Positions 18,174-29,338 are shown, counted from the first letter of the whole stretch. The stretch is 62,266 bases of DNA, filler included, from 5 parts of 5 records of this genome joined end to end with filler, not necessarily neighbours in it, one strand, 5' to 3'. Notes: generated from the sequence alone by a model not told the origin. Program-made: numbers and translations.

Positions 18174-18203
18174 ATGACAGTAGCAGCCTTGACCGAAGGC
18201 CGC
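18174..18203 (+). CDS. Start of the next phage gene (MTVAALTEGR), possibly tail fibre; truncated
   Basis: RBS AGGGAA plus ATG; only 10 codons visible. Confidence 0.35.
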
Positions 18204-18303
18204 NNNNNNNNNNNNNNNNNNNNNNNNNNNNNNNNNNNNNNNNNNNNTTAATTAATTAANNNNNNNNNNNNNNNNNNNNNNNNNNNNNNNNNNNNNNNNN
18301 NNN
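18204..18303. other. Artificial contig-joining spacer
   Basis: N-run + TTAATTAATTAA + N-run. Confidence 0.99.
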
Positions 18304-18703
18304 GTTGCTCTGGCATGCGGTGCATGGCACCACCTAATAATAAACGGCTAACCATAGAGCGGTAGTGCTGAACAAAGCGCATGGCGACAATGCTGCCATA
18401 GCTGAAACCAACCAGATTAACTTTGCGAACACCCAGTTCTTCCAGTGCGGAAGCTATGCAATCAGAGATAAAATCAAACGAATATTCATGCGGTAAAACG
18501 CCTGTTGCACCGTTGCCGGGTGTATCGAAGGCAATCACCCAAGTATGCTTGGCTAATGCCTTACTCATGCGTTCAATTTGGGCGATATTCTGGAACGCGC
18601 CTCCAATGACTACAAGGGGGATATCACTGGACCCTTTTGCATATTCTTTCACATGAACTGGGAAGCCCTTGTGGCTTAACGTATGCGTCAATGTATCAGT
18701 CAT
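18304..18703 (-). CDS. Alpha/beta-fold hydrolase, N-terminal part (truncated)
   Basis: FDTPGNG and nucleophile elbow GFSYG; RBS GGAG before ATG 18703. Confidence 0.85.
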
Positions 18704-19189
18704 AAACTCTCCAACACGGCACCTTAACCCGTCTAATTTTACTGGCTGAGCAAGTGATTTTATGGCTTGCCCAGCCGGCTGCGTGTGCCATCGCAAGTAG
18801 TATGTAAAGTTAAAAATATACCTTAAGGTGTATAATGCAAGTCAAAAATTACTAATAAATTCGGTAGCTTAGGTAAATTTTGACATATTTTGATACATTT
18901 TGCTACAAAATCATGGTGTGTATAGCCTTGATAGAAAGCGCTATTTTCGGGGCCGGCACTTGCCATAAGTCCTAGGCAAATATGTTTGCGGTCGCCTAGC
19001 ATTTTTGCCAGCTAATAGATGAGATGGTTTGTTTTTTTGGGGCCAAAGGCACTGCATTTCCTCTGGGTAGCAACGACTTAAACGGCAATTGTGCGGATTA
19101 AAACCCAATTGAAACGGTTCGCCAAGTCCACATAGGGTTGTATGGGTATATTGGCTAAATATTCTTCCTTAAAATGGGAGGGATATATA

Positions 19190-20083
19190 ATGCTTAATTC
19201 GATTAGAGGCTTTGCATTCGCTTTATGGCTAATATTTTTTGCTGGTGTAATGCAGCCAGTCATCGCGCAACAATTTGGTAACGGCGCTTTGTTCGCAGAC
19301 GGCGGTGAAGCCATCATATTTCATAGCTTCTCTGAGGGAGATGGTAATCTTGTGGAGTTTAACCTGATCACTGGTGTCACGCGCCGTATTACGGCAGAAG
19401 GCCGCCGTGATCGCTGGCCCTCTTTAGACCCCTCTGAGCAACGCCTGGTTTTCATCTCACAGCGCACACCGCCCTGGAAAGTTTATACCGTTAACCGCAA
19501 TGGTAGCGATTTAAGACTGTTGACGGAAGAAGAGGGCGCGCATTTGGGGGCGAGCTGGTCACCCGATGGCACGCAACTGGTTTATTCAAAGCAAGACCTT
19601 GATGCTGAGGAGTTTAGAGCTGACTTATGGCTCATGAATGCTGATGGCACCAACAAAACCAAAGTCATTGATGGTGCCATGTGGCCGTTTTGGGATTGGC
19701 ATAACAATAGGGTGCTTTTCACCACTGTTCTCGCTGACGGCAATGTGGCACTTGGCTCATATAATATGCAGACAAAAGTGCGAGATACTCTTACCGACGG
19801 CGCATTGAATGCTGCCGGTGCCGGTGTTTCACCTGACGGCAAATTTATATATGTTTCTGCGGTCGCAAATGGAATGCACACACTGCACCGGATAAACGGT
19901 GATGGCACAGGTGTTGTTAATCTGGGTATAGCAAGCCAGCAAGACAGCAGTCCGCGTGTGTCACCAGACGGACGTTTTTTATTGTACGGATATAACGCTG
20001 GGCAAGGTACGGAAGTATATTTGCTGAACCTGGAAACCAGAAAAATACGTAACCTGTCTCAGGCCTTTGCGGCTGCCGAATAA
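19190..20083 (+). CDS. Secreted TolB-like/PD40 beta-propeller protein
   Basis: Signal peptide; repeated WSPDG/VSPDG units; LWLMNADGT. Confidence 0.85.
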   Translation: MLNSIRGFAFALWLIFFAGVMQPVIAQQFGNGALFADGGEAIIFHSFSEGDGNLVEFNLITGVTRRITAEGRRDRWPSLDPSEQRLVFISQRTPPWKVYTVNRNGSDLRLLTEEEGAHLGASWSPDGTQLVYSKQDLDAEEFRADLWLMNADGTNKTKVIDGAMWPFWDWHNNRVLFTTVLADGNVALGSYNMQTKVRDTLTDGALNAAGAGVSPDGKFIYVSAVANGMHTLHRINGDGTGVVNLGIASQQDSSPRVSPDGRFLLYGYNAGQGTEVYLLNLETRKIRNLSQAFAAAE

Positions 20084-20101
20084 GTGTAAATGAATAGATA
20101 T

Positions 20102-20133
20102 AAAAAGGCCTGACAGATGACTGTCAGGCCTTT
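20102..20133. terminator. Bidirectional intrinsic terminator
   Basis: AAAAAGGCCTGACAG-ATGA-CTGTCAGGCCTTT between the convergent PD40 gene and the tRNA. Confidence 0.85.
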
Positions 20134-20138
20134 GAATT

Positions 20139-20212
20139 TGGAGGCGCGAACGAGAATCGAACTCGTGTACACGGATTTGCAATCCGTTGCGTCACCACTC
20201 CGCCATCGCGCC
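20139..20212 (-). tRNA. tRNA-Cys (GCA)
   Basis: Reverse complement GGCGCGATGGCGGAGTGGTGACGCAACGGATTGCAAATCCGTGTACACGAGTTCGATTCTCGTTCGCGCCTCCA; 74 nt, anticodon GCA, TTCGA loop, encoded CCA. Confidence 0.97.
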
Positions 20213-20391
20213 TCATATGGTGTGATCCATCAGCCGGCTAGTTCCATTGCCGCTGGGGAATGCAGCATATAACAAAGCGGTCGATGACCGGCAATCTCTT
20301 TTTTAATTTCTAGTCGTATCTATTTGTTTCAGATAAATTCAATTTTTATATAGGTAATTTTATACAAAAAAAATAACGACAGGAATGTGAC

Positions 20392-20904
20392 ATGAGAAAA
20401 TTTTTAGTTTCACTTATGGTTCTGGCGGGCTTGCTTGTAGGGCTTGGTCTGCCGTCTTATGCAGATGAGGGCACTGTTATTTATCTGGTGCGCCATTCTG
20501 AAAAACTTTCGGGGTCAGACCCCGCTTTGAGCGACTTAGGTAAAGCGCGCACCGCAGCATTGGCAAATAGGCTGAAAGAAGCGGGAATCGCGCATGTTTT
20601 TTCGAGTGATTTTAAGCGCACACGCATGACAGCAGAGCCGGTTGCCGCGCAAAGTAATGTTGAGGTTACCATATACAATGTTCGTGCCTTGGGGCAATTT
20701 GTGCCGGAATTGGAAACTTTCGCAAAATCTGCCAAGGGCAATATTCTTGTTGTGGGGCACAGCAACACGACACCTGTAGTGGCCTCGCTGCTGACAAAGA
20801 CAGAGTTTCCCATGCTCAACGAAGATCAATATGATCATTTGTATATTGTGAAGCAAAATGAGGACGGGTCGTTTTCCGCAACAATCGAGTATTTCAACCC
20901 CTGA
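20392..20904 (+). CDS. Secreted histidine phosphatase (SixA/PGM superfamily)
   Basis: Signal peptide; IYLVRHSEK, SSDFKRT, LVVGHSNT. Confidence 0.9.
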   Translation: MRKFLVSLMVLAGLLVGLGLPSYADEGTVIYLVRHSEKLSGSDPALSDLGKARTAALANRLKEAGIAHVFSSDFKRTRMTAEPVAAQSNVEVTIYNVRALGQFVPELETFAKSAKGNILVVGHSNTTPVVASLLTKTEFPMLNEDQYDHLYIVKQNEDGSFSATIEYFNP

Positions 20905-21178
20905 CCAATTCCGGCGCGGTTGTTATTTTATATACTGCGACTGTAAAGGCCACAGGCGTATCAGAGATAGCAGTTTATCGCTTTGTACAGGCGAATAGTC
21001 GCATCTCTGTTGGCCGTAGTGGCTTATCTGCTACTTGGAACGAGAAGAAATTAGGTATTTTGGTACATTTTTACCATAATATCGCATTGTTTATACGACA
21101 TTCTCTCTATATAAAGCGACGTAACGAATAGGTACTGTGTACCAAATAATATTGAGTTTTGTTGATTGAGGTCTTGAT

Positions 21179-21832
21179 GTGAGTGATCCTGCTGTAGCCC
21201 TGTCTCATATGATTGATAGCCAGCTTCGCCCAAATGAAGTGAATGATGAGCGTATTATTGCCGCTGTTGCTGCGGTTCCGCGCGAAAGGTTTGTTCCTAA
21301 AGCCAAGCGTGCGGTTGCCTATGTTGACGAAGATATTGAGGTTGGTGAAGGCCGCTTTTTAATGGAACCAAGGGTGTTTGGTCGCCTTTTAACTGCAGCA
21401 GATGTGCAGCCCAGTGATATCGTTTTAGATATTGGATGCGCCACTGGCTATTCTTCAGCAGTTTTGGCGCAGTTGGCAGACGCTGTTGTGGCTGTTGAAG
21501 AAAACGAAACATTAGCAGCGCAGGCAGAAAAAAAACTTGCTGAGCAAGACATTATGAATGTGGCGGTTGTTACCTGCACCATGTGTGACGGTGTTGCAAA
21601 ACAGGGCCCATTTGATGTGATATTTATTGAAGGTGCTGTAGAAGAAGTGCCTGCAAAGCTGATAAAACAATTGAAAGATGGTGGTCGCCTTGTATGCGTT
21701 AAACTTGAACGCGGCGTGGGCCGGGCCCATATAATAACAAAATCCGCAGAGTCTGTTTCAGGGCAATCATTATTTGATGCTGATGTTATGGTTTTACCGG
21801 GTTTTGAAAAGAAACAAACATTCGTTTTTTAA
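21179..21832 (+). CDS. pcm: Protein-L-isoaspartate O-methyltransferase family
   Basis: MIDSQLRPN, VPRERFVP, LDIGCATGYSSAVL, GPFDVI; conserved pcm-tolC-popZ order. Confidence 0.9.
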   Translation: MSDPAVALSHMIDSQLRPNEVNDERIIAAVAAVPRERFVPKAKRAVAYVDEDIEVGEGRFLMEPRVFGRLLTAADVQPSDIVLDIGCATGYSSAVLAQLADAVVAVEENETLAAQAEKKLAEQDIMNVAVVTCTMCDGVAKQGPFDVIFIEGAVEEVPAKLIKQLKDGGRLVCVKLERGVGRAHIITKSAESVSGQSLFDADVMVLPGFEKKQTFVF

Positions 21833-21997
21833 GGGACGATAAGTCGCTTTTATTTCGTTTGAATAATTTTGATCATAAAAAGGTCAAAAACCAGAAAGAA
21901 AGATGATAAACAAGCTTTCTAAAGCTGGACGATCTATAAAGGGCCGTTTCAGTGAAAATAAAAATAATATAAACGGCGAGGAACCGAGGAGATACCA

Positions 21998-23386
21998 ATG
22001 AAATTAAGGATCAAGGCAGTATTGGCCCTTACCACTATTCTGACAGCTACTCCATTGGCGTCAGCAGAAACACTTAAAGAAGCGCTAGCGGCTGCTTACG
22101 CAAACAACCCGCAACTTATGGCACAGCGTGCAGCCCTAAGAGCTGTTGATGAAGGCGTTGCACAAGCGAACGCAGGCTTTTTACCAACTGTTAACGGAGC
22201 CATCTCGCTTCGGCGTGGTGCCCAGACTTTCGATACATCTGCCTCGCCTCAAGGAGGGGTGTCTGATCAAGACATTAATGATGATAATTACTCTGTAACT
22301 ATAAATCAGAATCTTTTTAGAGGCTTTCAGGACCGCAGTACGCGTAAACAGCGCCTCAGAGAAGTGGATGCTGGCCGTGCACAGCTAACGACTGTCGAAC
22401 AGCAAATTTTGCTAGACGCGGTTACTGCCTATATGAATGTATTGCGCGATGAGGCCGTTGTTGAGCTGAATACAAACAATATTCAGGTTCTTGAGCGGCA
22501 GTTGCAAGCCAGCCGCGACCGTTTTCGTGTTGGCGAAGTGACGCGAACTGACGTTGCACAATCTGAAGCAAGGCTAGAGGGCGCTAAGTCTACCTTACTA
22601 ACAGCAGAAGCGACTTTGGCGGGAAGTAGGGCACAGTATCAGCGGGTAATAGGGCGCGCGCCTGCAACTTTGGAAACGCCTAAAGACGCGCCAGAGCTGC
22701 CGGAAACACTTGACGCCGCCGTTGAAATAGCAGTGGCGGAAAGCCCCAATGTCAAGTTAGCAAGGTTCAATGAAGATGCTGCTAGATTTTCGATTAAGCA
22801 AGCAAAGGGTAACTTGTTACCCAGCATAGACTTTACTTATCGGCGCCTTCACAATGAGGGTATTACGGCCTTTGGTCCACAGGTCTTTCCTGCTGTTTTT
22901 GACCAAAACCAAGTAACTTTGCAATTGTCGGTCCCTATTTTTAACGGTGGTCAGCGACATTCTGCTGTTCGCCGAGCGAAGCAGGTACGTAGTCAGCGTA
23001 TGATGGAGATATATCAGGCTGAACGTGTCGCTCAGGAACAGGCGCTGGTCGCTTGGGACAACCACCGTGCTTCCAAAGGACAAATCCTTTCAAGTGAAGC
23101 GCAGGTGCGTGCTAACGAGATTGCCCTTGAGGGTGTTCGCCAGGAAGCATATGTGGGATCACGCACCACGCTGGATGTATTGAATGCAGAGCAAGAGCTG
23201 TTGAATTCACGGGTTTCTCTTGTGCGGGCGCAGAGAAATGAAGCAGTAGCAGCTTACAGCCTTGTTTCGGCAGTCGGGCGTTTAACAGCGCGTAATGTTG
23301 GCTTGGGTGTCGATTTGTATGACGAGGAAGCTTACTTTGAAAAAGTTAAAGGCAAGTTTGTTGGCCTTGACACCAAGGTAGATTAA
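21998..23386 (+). CDS. tolC: TolC-family outer membrane channel
   Basis: ETLKEALAAAYANNP, RFRVGEVTRTDVAQSEAR, VGSRTTLDVLNAEQEL. Confidence 0.95.
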   Translation: MKLRIKAVLALTTILTATPLASAETLKEALAAAYANNPQLMAQRAALRAVDEGVAQANAGFLPTVNGAISLRRGAQTFDTSASPQGGVSDQDINDDNYSVTINQNLFRGFQDRSTRKQRLREVDAGRAQLTTVEQQILLDAVTAYMNVLRDEAVVELNTNNIQVLERQLQASRDRFRVGEVTRTDVAQSEARLEGAKSTLLTAEATLAGSRAQYQRVIGRAPATLETPKDAPELPETLDAAVEIAVAESPNVKLARFNEDAARFSIKQAKGNLLPSIDFTYRRLHNEGITAFGPQVFPAVFDQNQVTLQLSVPIFNGGQRHSAVRRAKQVRSQRMMEIYQAERVAQEQALVAWDNHRASKGQILSSEAQVRANEIALEGVRQEAYVGSRTTLDVLNAEQELLNSRVSLVRAQRNEAVAAYSLVSAVGRLTARNVGLGVDLYDEEAYFEKVKGKFVGLDTKVD

Positions 23387-23408
23387 TCTGCCTGTATATC
23401 ATTTTATT

Positions 23409-23435
23409 AAAGGGAGCTTTCAGGCTCCCTTTTTT
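23409..23435 (+). terminator. Intrinsic terminator after tolC
   Basis: AAAGGGAGC-TTTCAG-GCTCCCTTTTTT. Confidence 0.8.
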
Positions 23436-23564
23436 ATTAACCAGTCCTTAAAGCATTTACGCGATGTTACCCTTTACGGCTTTAGTTTCATTAAGATTTA
23501 TTGACAGTATACTTTTGAAACGGTACCTCTTTTAGAGGGAATATTTTAGAAAATTGGCGGGTCT

Positions 23565-24170
23565 ATGAGCGCTAACGCATCAGAAGATGAACCGACTATG
23601 GAAGAAATTCTGGCGTCTATCCGCCGGATCATTTCTGATGAGTCGGAAGAAGACGGTGAAGTAGAGGCAACAGACGAGTCTCTTGAGGACGTGGCTGAAG
23701 AAAATGAAGACGCGGAACAAACCTCAGATTCTGAGCCTGAAGCCGAAACAGAGGATGAACCTGAGGCCGTGACCGAACCTGAAATAGCTGCTGAAAATGT
23801 GCCTGAGCCGGAAGTTGAAACCGAGGTTGAGCCCGAACCTGTCATAGAAGCTGAACAAACAGCTGCGCCAGAACCTGAGCCTATGCAACACATTGAGCCT
23901 GAAGAGGACATCCTTGAGCTCACAGATTTGGCGTCGCCGAGTGATATCGAATCTATTGTTTCACCAAAGGTTGAGGACAAGGCAGCAGAAAGCTTTGCCA
24001 ACCTGACTAACCTAATGGTTCAGGGATACGGCGGTGCTGAAAATACATTAGAGTCGTTAGTGCGGTCTATGCTCAAACCCATGTTGCAGGCGTGGCTTGA
24101 CGAGAATTTGCCCACCATTGTTGAAGATGCAGTAGAGCGTGAAGTGGCAAGAATATCCCGCCGTCAGTAA
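23565..24170 (+). CDS. popZ: Polar organizing protein PopZ (DUF2497)
   Basis: N-helix EPTMEEILASIRRIISD; Pro/Glu-rich disordered linker; C-terminal TLESLVRSMLKPMLQAWLDENLPTIVE. Confidence 0.93.
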   Translation: MSANASEDEPTMEEILASIRRIISDESEEDGEVEATDESLEDVAEENEDAEQTSDSEPEAETEDEPEAVTEPEIAAENVPEPEVETEVEPEPVIEAEQTAAPEPEPMQHIEPEEDILELTDLASPSDIESIVSPKVEDKAAESFANLTNLMVQGYGGAENTLESLVRSMLKPMLQAWLDENLPTIVEDAVEREVARISRRQ

Positions 24171-24258
24171 TTAAACGGTTTACGCTGGCACCTTTAAAAC
24201 TTTTTAAAAAGCATCTATTCGCCGTTTAGCCATTGCGGATTTTGCCGAATCTAACTTA

Positions 24259-25329
24259 TTAGGGCAGGTAGTTTTTGGCTTGTTTAGGCTCTGGAAGTGG
24301 CTTTGCTTTTTCAGAATATAAAACCATCGTAGGATAAATCGGGATTTTAGGGCCGTAAAATTTGACCTTAAAGTCTTCATTGTTCGGTGTGTATACAGCA
24401 CCGTCAACAATCTGAACGGGGTCGCCTTCTTCATCAACCAGCGCTGTTAGAAGAAGCCGTTCATTGTGGAAGTCAATTACATGTCGGTACTGTGACAGGA
24501 TGCTGGCACCAATTAACCCGTCCCGGTCATTTGATTGTTCTGGAACTGAGCTTGCAATGAAAATTGGCATATTTGCGAACGTTAAACTGCCAAACTTTAT
24601 ATTGGCAGCCGTTACAATACCCATATTATTTTCCGTTAGCTTTTTTCGCTCAGTGAGCGATGCGGCTTGCATGAAATGCTTATCGCTCCAGAATACCAGC
24701 CCGCCAGGGTAACCGCTATCTAGCATCATGCTCTTAACAGAGCTTCGTTTTTCCCAAGGCAGCTTAGACTTGAAAACAATATAAGGTGCTTGGCCCACCA
24801 TTTTCAGGTTGTGTTCATGTTCAAACTCATCTTCCATTTCTGTCCCTGGCGCATAAAGATGGATAAGTTTATTTTGTGGGTCTATTTCAACAATATATCG
24901 CTCAAATAACTCTTGGCCGATGATGCCACTAAAATTCGCTTCCAATGCGTCTTTTACATCTGTATCGCTGGCAATGAGCAGGCCGTTTTGGCTCACAAAA
25001 GTTGAGCCGCCTTCTGATAAAGCTATGTCACCAAGGCGCTTGCCCACCGCTGACTTGCCTATGGCCGGAAAATTTATCTTTGCTTCTTCGCTACCGTTCA
25101 GCGCATCGGCAGGTATTAGGTCTGCGTCAAAAAAAACAGAACTGGTCGCACCCGTATCAAGCAGAAATGTCACTTCGCCCTCAGGGCTATCGAATTTTAT
25201 ATGAGTCCGATTATCGATAATCTCGATAGGGAAGGTTGCAAGCGGTGTTGGTGCAGCATAGGCCGTAAGCCCAAAAGCAAGTGAGCAGGCTGCAATTACA
25301 ACAAGTTTTAGCGTAGAAGACATATACAT
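24259..25329 (-). CDS. Secreted two-lobed retropepsin-like aspartyl protease
   Basis: Signal peptide; FLLDTGA...GIIG and MLDSGY...GLIG. Confidence 0.85.
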   Translation of the reverse strand: MYMSSTLKLVVIAACSLAFGLTAYAAPTPLATFPIEIIDNRTHIKFDSPEGEVTFLLDTGATSSVFFDADLIPADALNGSEEAKINFPAIGKSAVGKRLGDIALSEGGSTFVSQNGLLIASDTDVKDALEANFSGIIGQELFERYIVEIDPQNKLIHLYAPGTEMEDEFEHEHNLKMVGQAPYIVFKSKLPWEKRSSVKSMMLDSGYPGGLVFWSDKHFMQAASLTERKKLTENNMGIVTAANIKFGSLTFANMPIFIASSVPEQSNDRDGLIGASILSQYRHVIDFHNERLLLTALVDEEGDPVQIVDGAVYTPNNEDFKVKFYGPKIPIYPTMVLYSEKAKPLPEPKQAKNYLP

Positions 25330-25449
25330 AATGAAAAAATACTATTGTTTATCCCTGATGTAAGCAATCTAAACTCGTATAGATGCGACGAGTTGCTCCA
25401 GATGCGGGACGAAATGATTTTCGGGCGTTACGTTTCTTGGCTGGTGTTT

Positions 25450-26469
25450 TTAATTTATTTTGAACACTTGCTTAATAACCACAGAGGGTTTGACCTTAAA
25501 GTTTTCAAATACGGCATCTTCGCCGTTCGGTGTATATAGGGTGCCATCAATTGATCTGGTGTATCCAGAAATTTCTTTCAACGATACCCATAGGTTTTTA
25601 CCAGTAAAGTCAATGGCATAATAAAAGTTATTCAATACAGCGGCCCCCATAAGGCCGTTTCGGTCTGTAATTTGTGGCGGTGGGTTTGCACCCACAAATA
25701 TGGGTGAGTTTAGAAATTTCATCTTACCAAACCTAAAGTTTGCGCGCGCTGAAATGCCGGTATTTGTCGCAATAAGCTCTTTGCGGTTTTGGTTTACAGA
25801 AGCTTTTGCAAAATGCTTCTTGTCCCAAATGACCAAAGCGCCAGGATAGCCGGTATCCAACAGCATTTCCTTAAGCGAAGGCTTGTTTTCCCAGGGTAGT
25901 TTGCTGGTGAACCGAACGTGGGCCGCTGTTCCTTGAAAGTACAGCCGGTGATGAGACCGGTATTTTTCACCAAGGTCTGTGCCTTTCTCATACAGCGTTA
26001 GGGTCTTAAGTTCCGGGTCAACCGCAATGGCAAAATTTTCAAAAAATTCTTGTCCTAATATGCCGTCGTATCGAAGGATAAGCTTTTTGCGGAGTTCGTG
26101 TTTGTTGTCAATCAACACAGCTTTTGCAAGGTTAACGTTCAGACCTTGCGTTTCCAGTTTCAATCCGGCTAGCTTTTTGCCTTCAATAACCTTTGCCATT
26201 GCCGGAAAAGATACAGATGAAGAACCTGACGCTTCTAATGATTTGAATTGCTGCTGATTGCCAGCAAATAGAACAGTGGTTGTTGCTCCAGAATCCAACA
26301 ACATTTTAATCTCGGCACCTTCAAGTGTGAATGTTAGCTTGATGCGATTATGTTCGCTTTCATAAGGCAAAACCACAATAGGGTCTTGTGCCAAAACACC
26401 ACCGGAAATAACCGTGAAAATTAATAATAAAAAGGAGGGAAAACAGCTTTTTAGTGGGGCTATCTGCAT
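25450..26469 (-). CDS. Secreted two-lobed retropepsin-like aspartyl protease (paralog)
   Basis: Signal peptide; MLLDSGA...DGILG and LLDTGY...GLMG; shares SKLPWE and YTPN with its neighbour. Confidence 0.85.
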   Translation of the reverse strand: MQIAPLKSCFPSFLLLIFTVISGGVLAQDPIVVLPYESEHNRIKLTFTLEGAEIKMLLDSGATTTVLFAGNQQQFKSLEASGSSSVSFPAMAKVIEGKKLAGLKLETQGLNVNLAKAVLIDNKHELRKKLILRYDGILGQEFFENFAIAVDPELKTLTLYEKGTDLGEKYRSHHRLYFQGTAAHVRFTSKLPWENKPSLKEMLLDTGYPGALVIWDKKHFAKASVNQNRKELIATNTGISARANFRFGKMKFLNSPIFVGANPPPQITDRNGLMGAAVLNNFYYAIDFTGKNLWVSLKEISGYTRSIDGTLYTPNGEDAVFENFKVKPSVVIKQVFKIN

Positions 26470-26645
26470 GGTTTTATCACTTAGCAGAAATCCTTGAAGT
26501 GTTAAACCCTAATGCGACCGATTGCGTTTGCTCATAAAAAAGAAACATAATTCGAAATCAGGGCTTTTGTTTTGGTGAAAATTTGTGCATTTTGCGGCAA
26601 ATATTGACGGAAACTGCCGCAAGGGCGGCAATGCAAGGTAACAAA

Positions 26646-29309
26646 ATGCTCGATAAAACATATTCACCAGCCGATATCGAAACCAAATGGTACGAGCATT
26701 GGGAAAAAACCGGTGCGTTTGAATGTGGCAAACGCCCTGAAGCTGAGCCATACGTCATTGTTATGCCGCCGCCAAATGTTACTGGTAGTTTGCACATGGG
26801 ACATGCGCTGGATAACGCCTTGCAGGACGCGCTCATTCGCTTTGAACGGTTGCGCGGCAAAGATACGCTTTGGCAGCCAGGTACAGACCACGCAGGCATT
26901 GCCACGCAAATGGTTGTTGAACGCCAAATGGCGGACGAGGGCAGTAATCTTAGCCGCCGTGACATGGGCCGAGAGGCTTTCGTTAACCGCGTATGGGAAT
27001 GGAAAGAGCAATCTGGTGGCAATATTACTCAGCAACTTCGTAGGCTGGGTGCCAGCTGTGACTGGTCGCGTGAAGCTTTCACTATGGATGCGCCGCGCTC
27101 TGAGGCGGTATTGAAGAAATTTGTCCAGCTATACCGCGAAGGCCTGGCCTATAAAGACAAGCGCCTTGTAAACTGGGACCCCAAGTTTAAAACGGCGATT
27201 TCTGATCTTGAAGTAGAGCAGCGAGAAGTCAACGGCCATATGTGGGAGTTTGCTTATCCACTGGTGGATGGCCCTGTTGACGGTATTTCGGAAATCACCA
27301 TTGCCACCACACGGCCAGAGACCATGCTCGGTGACGGCGCGGTCGCTGTGCACCCGTCAGATGAGCGGTATAAAAACCTGATTGGGAAAATGGTGCGGCT
27401 GCCTATTGCCGAACGGCATATTCCCATCATCGCTGATGAGTACCCTGACCCTGAGTTTGGCTCTGGTGCCGTAAAAATTACCGGCGCTCATGACTTTAAT
27501 GACTTTGAAGTTGCGCGCCGCAACGATATTCCGCTGATCGTGCTGATGGATGATGAAGCGCGGATGATCTCAACCCCGCAAAATAATGTGCCTGCGCATT
27601 ATCACGGTGTTGACCGGTATGAAGCCCGCAAGATGGTTTTAAAGGAAATCGAAGAATTGGGCTTTTACCGCGGCGTAGAAGACAAAGTTATTGCACAGCC
27701 GCTGGGCGATCGTTCCGGCGTGGTTATTGAGCCAATGCTAACAGAACAATGGTATGTTGATGCTGAAACGCTTGCAAAACCAGCCATTGAGGCAGTTGAA
27801 ACTGGCAAAACCAAATTCATTCCTAAAAACTGGGAAAAAACATTCTTCGAATGGATGCGCAACATCCAGCCGTGGTGCGTTTCGCGCCAATTGTGGTGGG
27901 GGCATCAAATTCCGGCGTGGTATGCGCCAGACGGCACCGTGTTTGTTGAGGAAACCGAAGAAGCCGCTCAAGCTGCCGCCACGGCTAAGTTTGGCGAAGC
28001 GGTTGAACTAACCCGCGATGAAGATGTGCTTGATACATGGTTTTCATCAGCCATGTGGCCCTACAGTACAATGGGATGGCCAGAGCAAACACCTGAACTG
28101 GCCAAATATTACCCTAATGCAACCTTGATCACCGGCTTTGATATTATTTTCTTTTGGGTTGCGCGTATGATGATGTCGGGTATGCATTTCATGGACGAAG
28201 TGCCGTTCAAGAATGTTTATATCCATGCGTTGGTGCGCGATGCCAACGGCCAGAAAATGTCCAAGTCAAAAGGCAATGTGATCGACCCGCTGGAATTTTG
28301 CGACAAATACGGTGCCGATGCCCTGCGTTTCACGCTTGTGGCGATGGAAGCCCAGGGCAGAGATATCAAGCTGGATGAAAAACGAGTTGAAGGCTACCGC
28401 AACTTTGGCACCAAGCTTTGGAATGCGGCGCGCTTCTGCGAAATGAATGGCATTAGCGGTTCTGACGGCACATTGCCAAGTGCGGATTTAACCGTGAACA
28501 AATGGATTATCAGTGAAGTTGGCAAAGCCCGCGACGGCGTTACGAACGCGCTTGATGCCTTTCGGTTTAATGATGCCGCTGATGCGATTTACCACTTCAC
28601 TTGGGGTACCTTCTGTGATTGGTATGTGGAATTAATCAAGCCCGTATTTTGGGGCGAAGATGAAGCTGCCAAGCAAGAAACACAGCGCGTTGCTGGGTGG
28701 GTTCTTGACCAAATATTGCTGCTGCTGCATCCGTTCATGCCGTTTATTACTGAAGAGCTTTGGCATGCCATTAAAGACGACCGCACCACTGACCTGATTT
28801 TGTCCGCATGGCCTGAAGAAATTGCGATCGACGAGCAAGCCGTTGGTGACGTTAATTGGGCGATTAAGTTTATCACTGAAATTCGCTCAACCCGCGCCGA
28901 AATGAATGTTCAGGCTGGCGCTAAGGCAACGGCGTTGGTTGTGGGTGCTTCTGATGAAACTGCTCGGCGTATCGCCGATTGGCAGGACATGATTGGCCGG
29001 CTGGCACGGCTTGAAAGCCTGTCTGTAGTTGATGCAGCAGACAGTAAAGGCGCAGCTCAGTTGGTTGTGGACGAAGCGACGGTTTACCTGCCGCTTGCGG
29101 ACTTGATGGATTTGGACGCGGAAAAAGCGCGGCTCAATAAATCCATTGAGAAACTCGGTAAAGAGGCTGGCGGCATTAAAGGGCGCCTGTCCAACGAGAA
29201 ATTCCTTGAAAAAGCCCCAGCGCATGTAGTCGCGGAAGCCAAAGAGCAATTGGCCGAGCTAGATGTTCAAATTGATAAATTGCAAGCCGCTTTAGCGCGC
29301 TTAGCGTAA
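26646..29309 (+). CDS. valS: Valine-tRNA ligase
   Basis: [22 protein letters not shown]-terminal coiled coil; start MLDKTY. Confidence 0.98.
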   Translation: MLDKTYSPADIETKWYEHWEKTGAFECGKRPEAEPYVIVMPPPNVTGSLHMGHALDNALQDALIRFERLRGKDTLWQPGTDHAGIATQMVVERQMADEGSNLSRRDMGREAFVNRVWEWKEQSGGNITQQLRRLGASCDWSREAFTMDAPRSEAVLKKFVQLYREGLAYKDKRLVNWDPKFKTAISDLEVEQREVNGHMWEFAYPLVDGPVDGISEITIATTRPETMLGDGAVAVHPSDERYKNLIGKMVRLPIAERHIPIIADEYPDPEFGSGAVKITGAHDFNDFEVARRNDIPLIVLMDDEARMISTPQNNVPAHYHGVDRYEARKMVLKEIEELGFYRGVEDKVIAQPLGDRSGVVIEPMLTEQWYVDAETLAKPAIEAVETGKTKFIPKNWEKTFFEWMRNIQPWCVSRQLWWGHQIPAWYAPDGTVFVEETEEAAQAAATAKFGEAVELTRDEDVLDTWFSSAMWPYSTMGWPEQTPELAKYYPNATLITGFDIIFFWVARMMMSGMHFMDEVPFKNVYIHALVRDANGQKMSKSKGNVIDPLEFCDKYGADALRFTLVAMEAQGRDIKLDEKRVEGYRNFGTKLWNAARFCEMNGISGSDGTLPSADLTVNKWIISEVGKARDGVTNALDAFRFNDAADAIYHFTWGTFCDWYVELIKPVFWGEDEAAKQETQRVAGWVLDQILLLLHPFMPFITEELWHAIKDDRTTDLILSAWPEEIAIDEQAVGDVNWAIKFITEIRSTRAEMNVQAGAKATALVVGASDETARRIADWQDMIGRLARLESLSVVDAADSKGAAQLVVDEATVYLPLADLMDLDAEKARLNKSIEKLGKEAGGIKGRLSNEKFLEKAPAHVVAEAKEQLAELDVQIDKLQAALARLA

Positions 29310-29338
29310 ATCTTTGGCTTTTATCAAGGCCTGCTGTT

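Noticed and set aside
20139-20212. tRNA-Cys as an occupied integration site
   Set aside because: No integrase or duplicated tRNA 3' end on this contig.
23640-23910. GAGCCT/GAACCT-rich repeats as a tandem array or CRISPR
   Set aside because: They encode the normal Pro/Glu linker of PopZ. No regular repeat-spacer array or cas gene is seen anywhere in the window.
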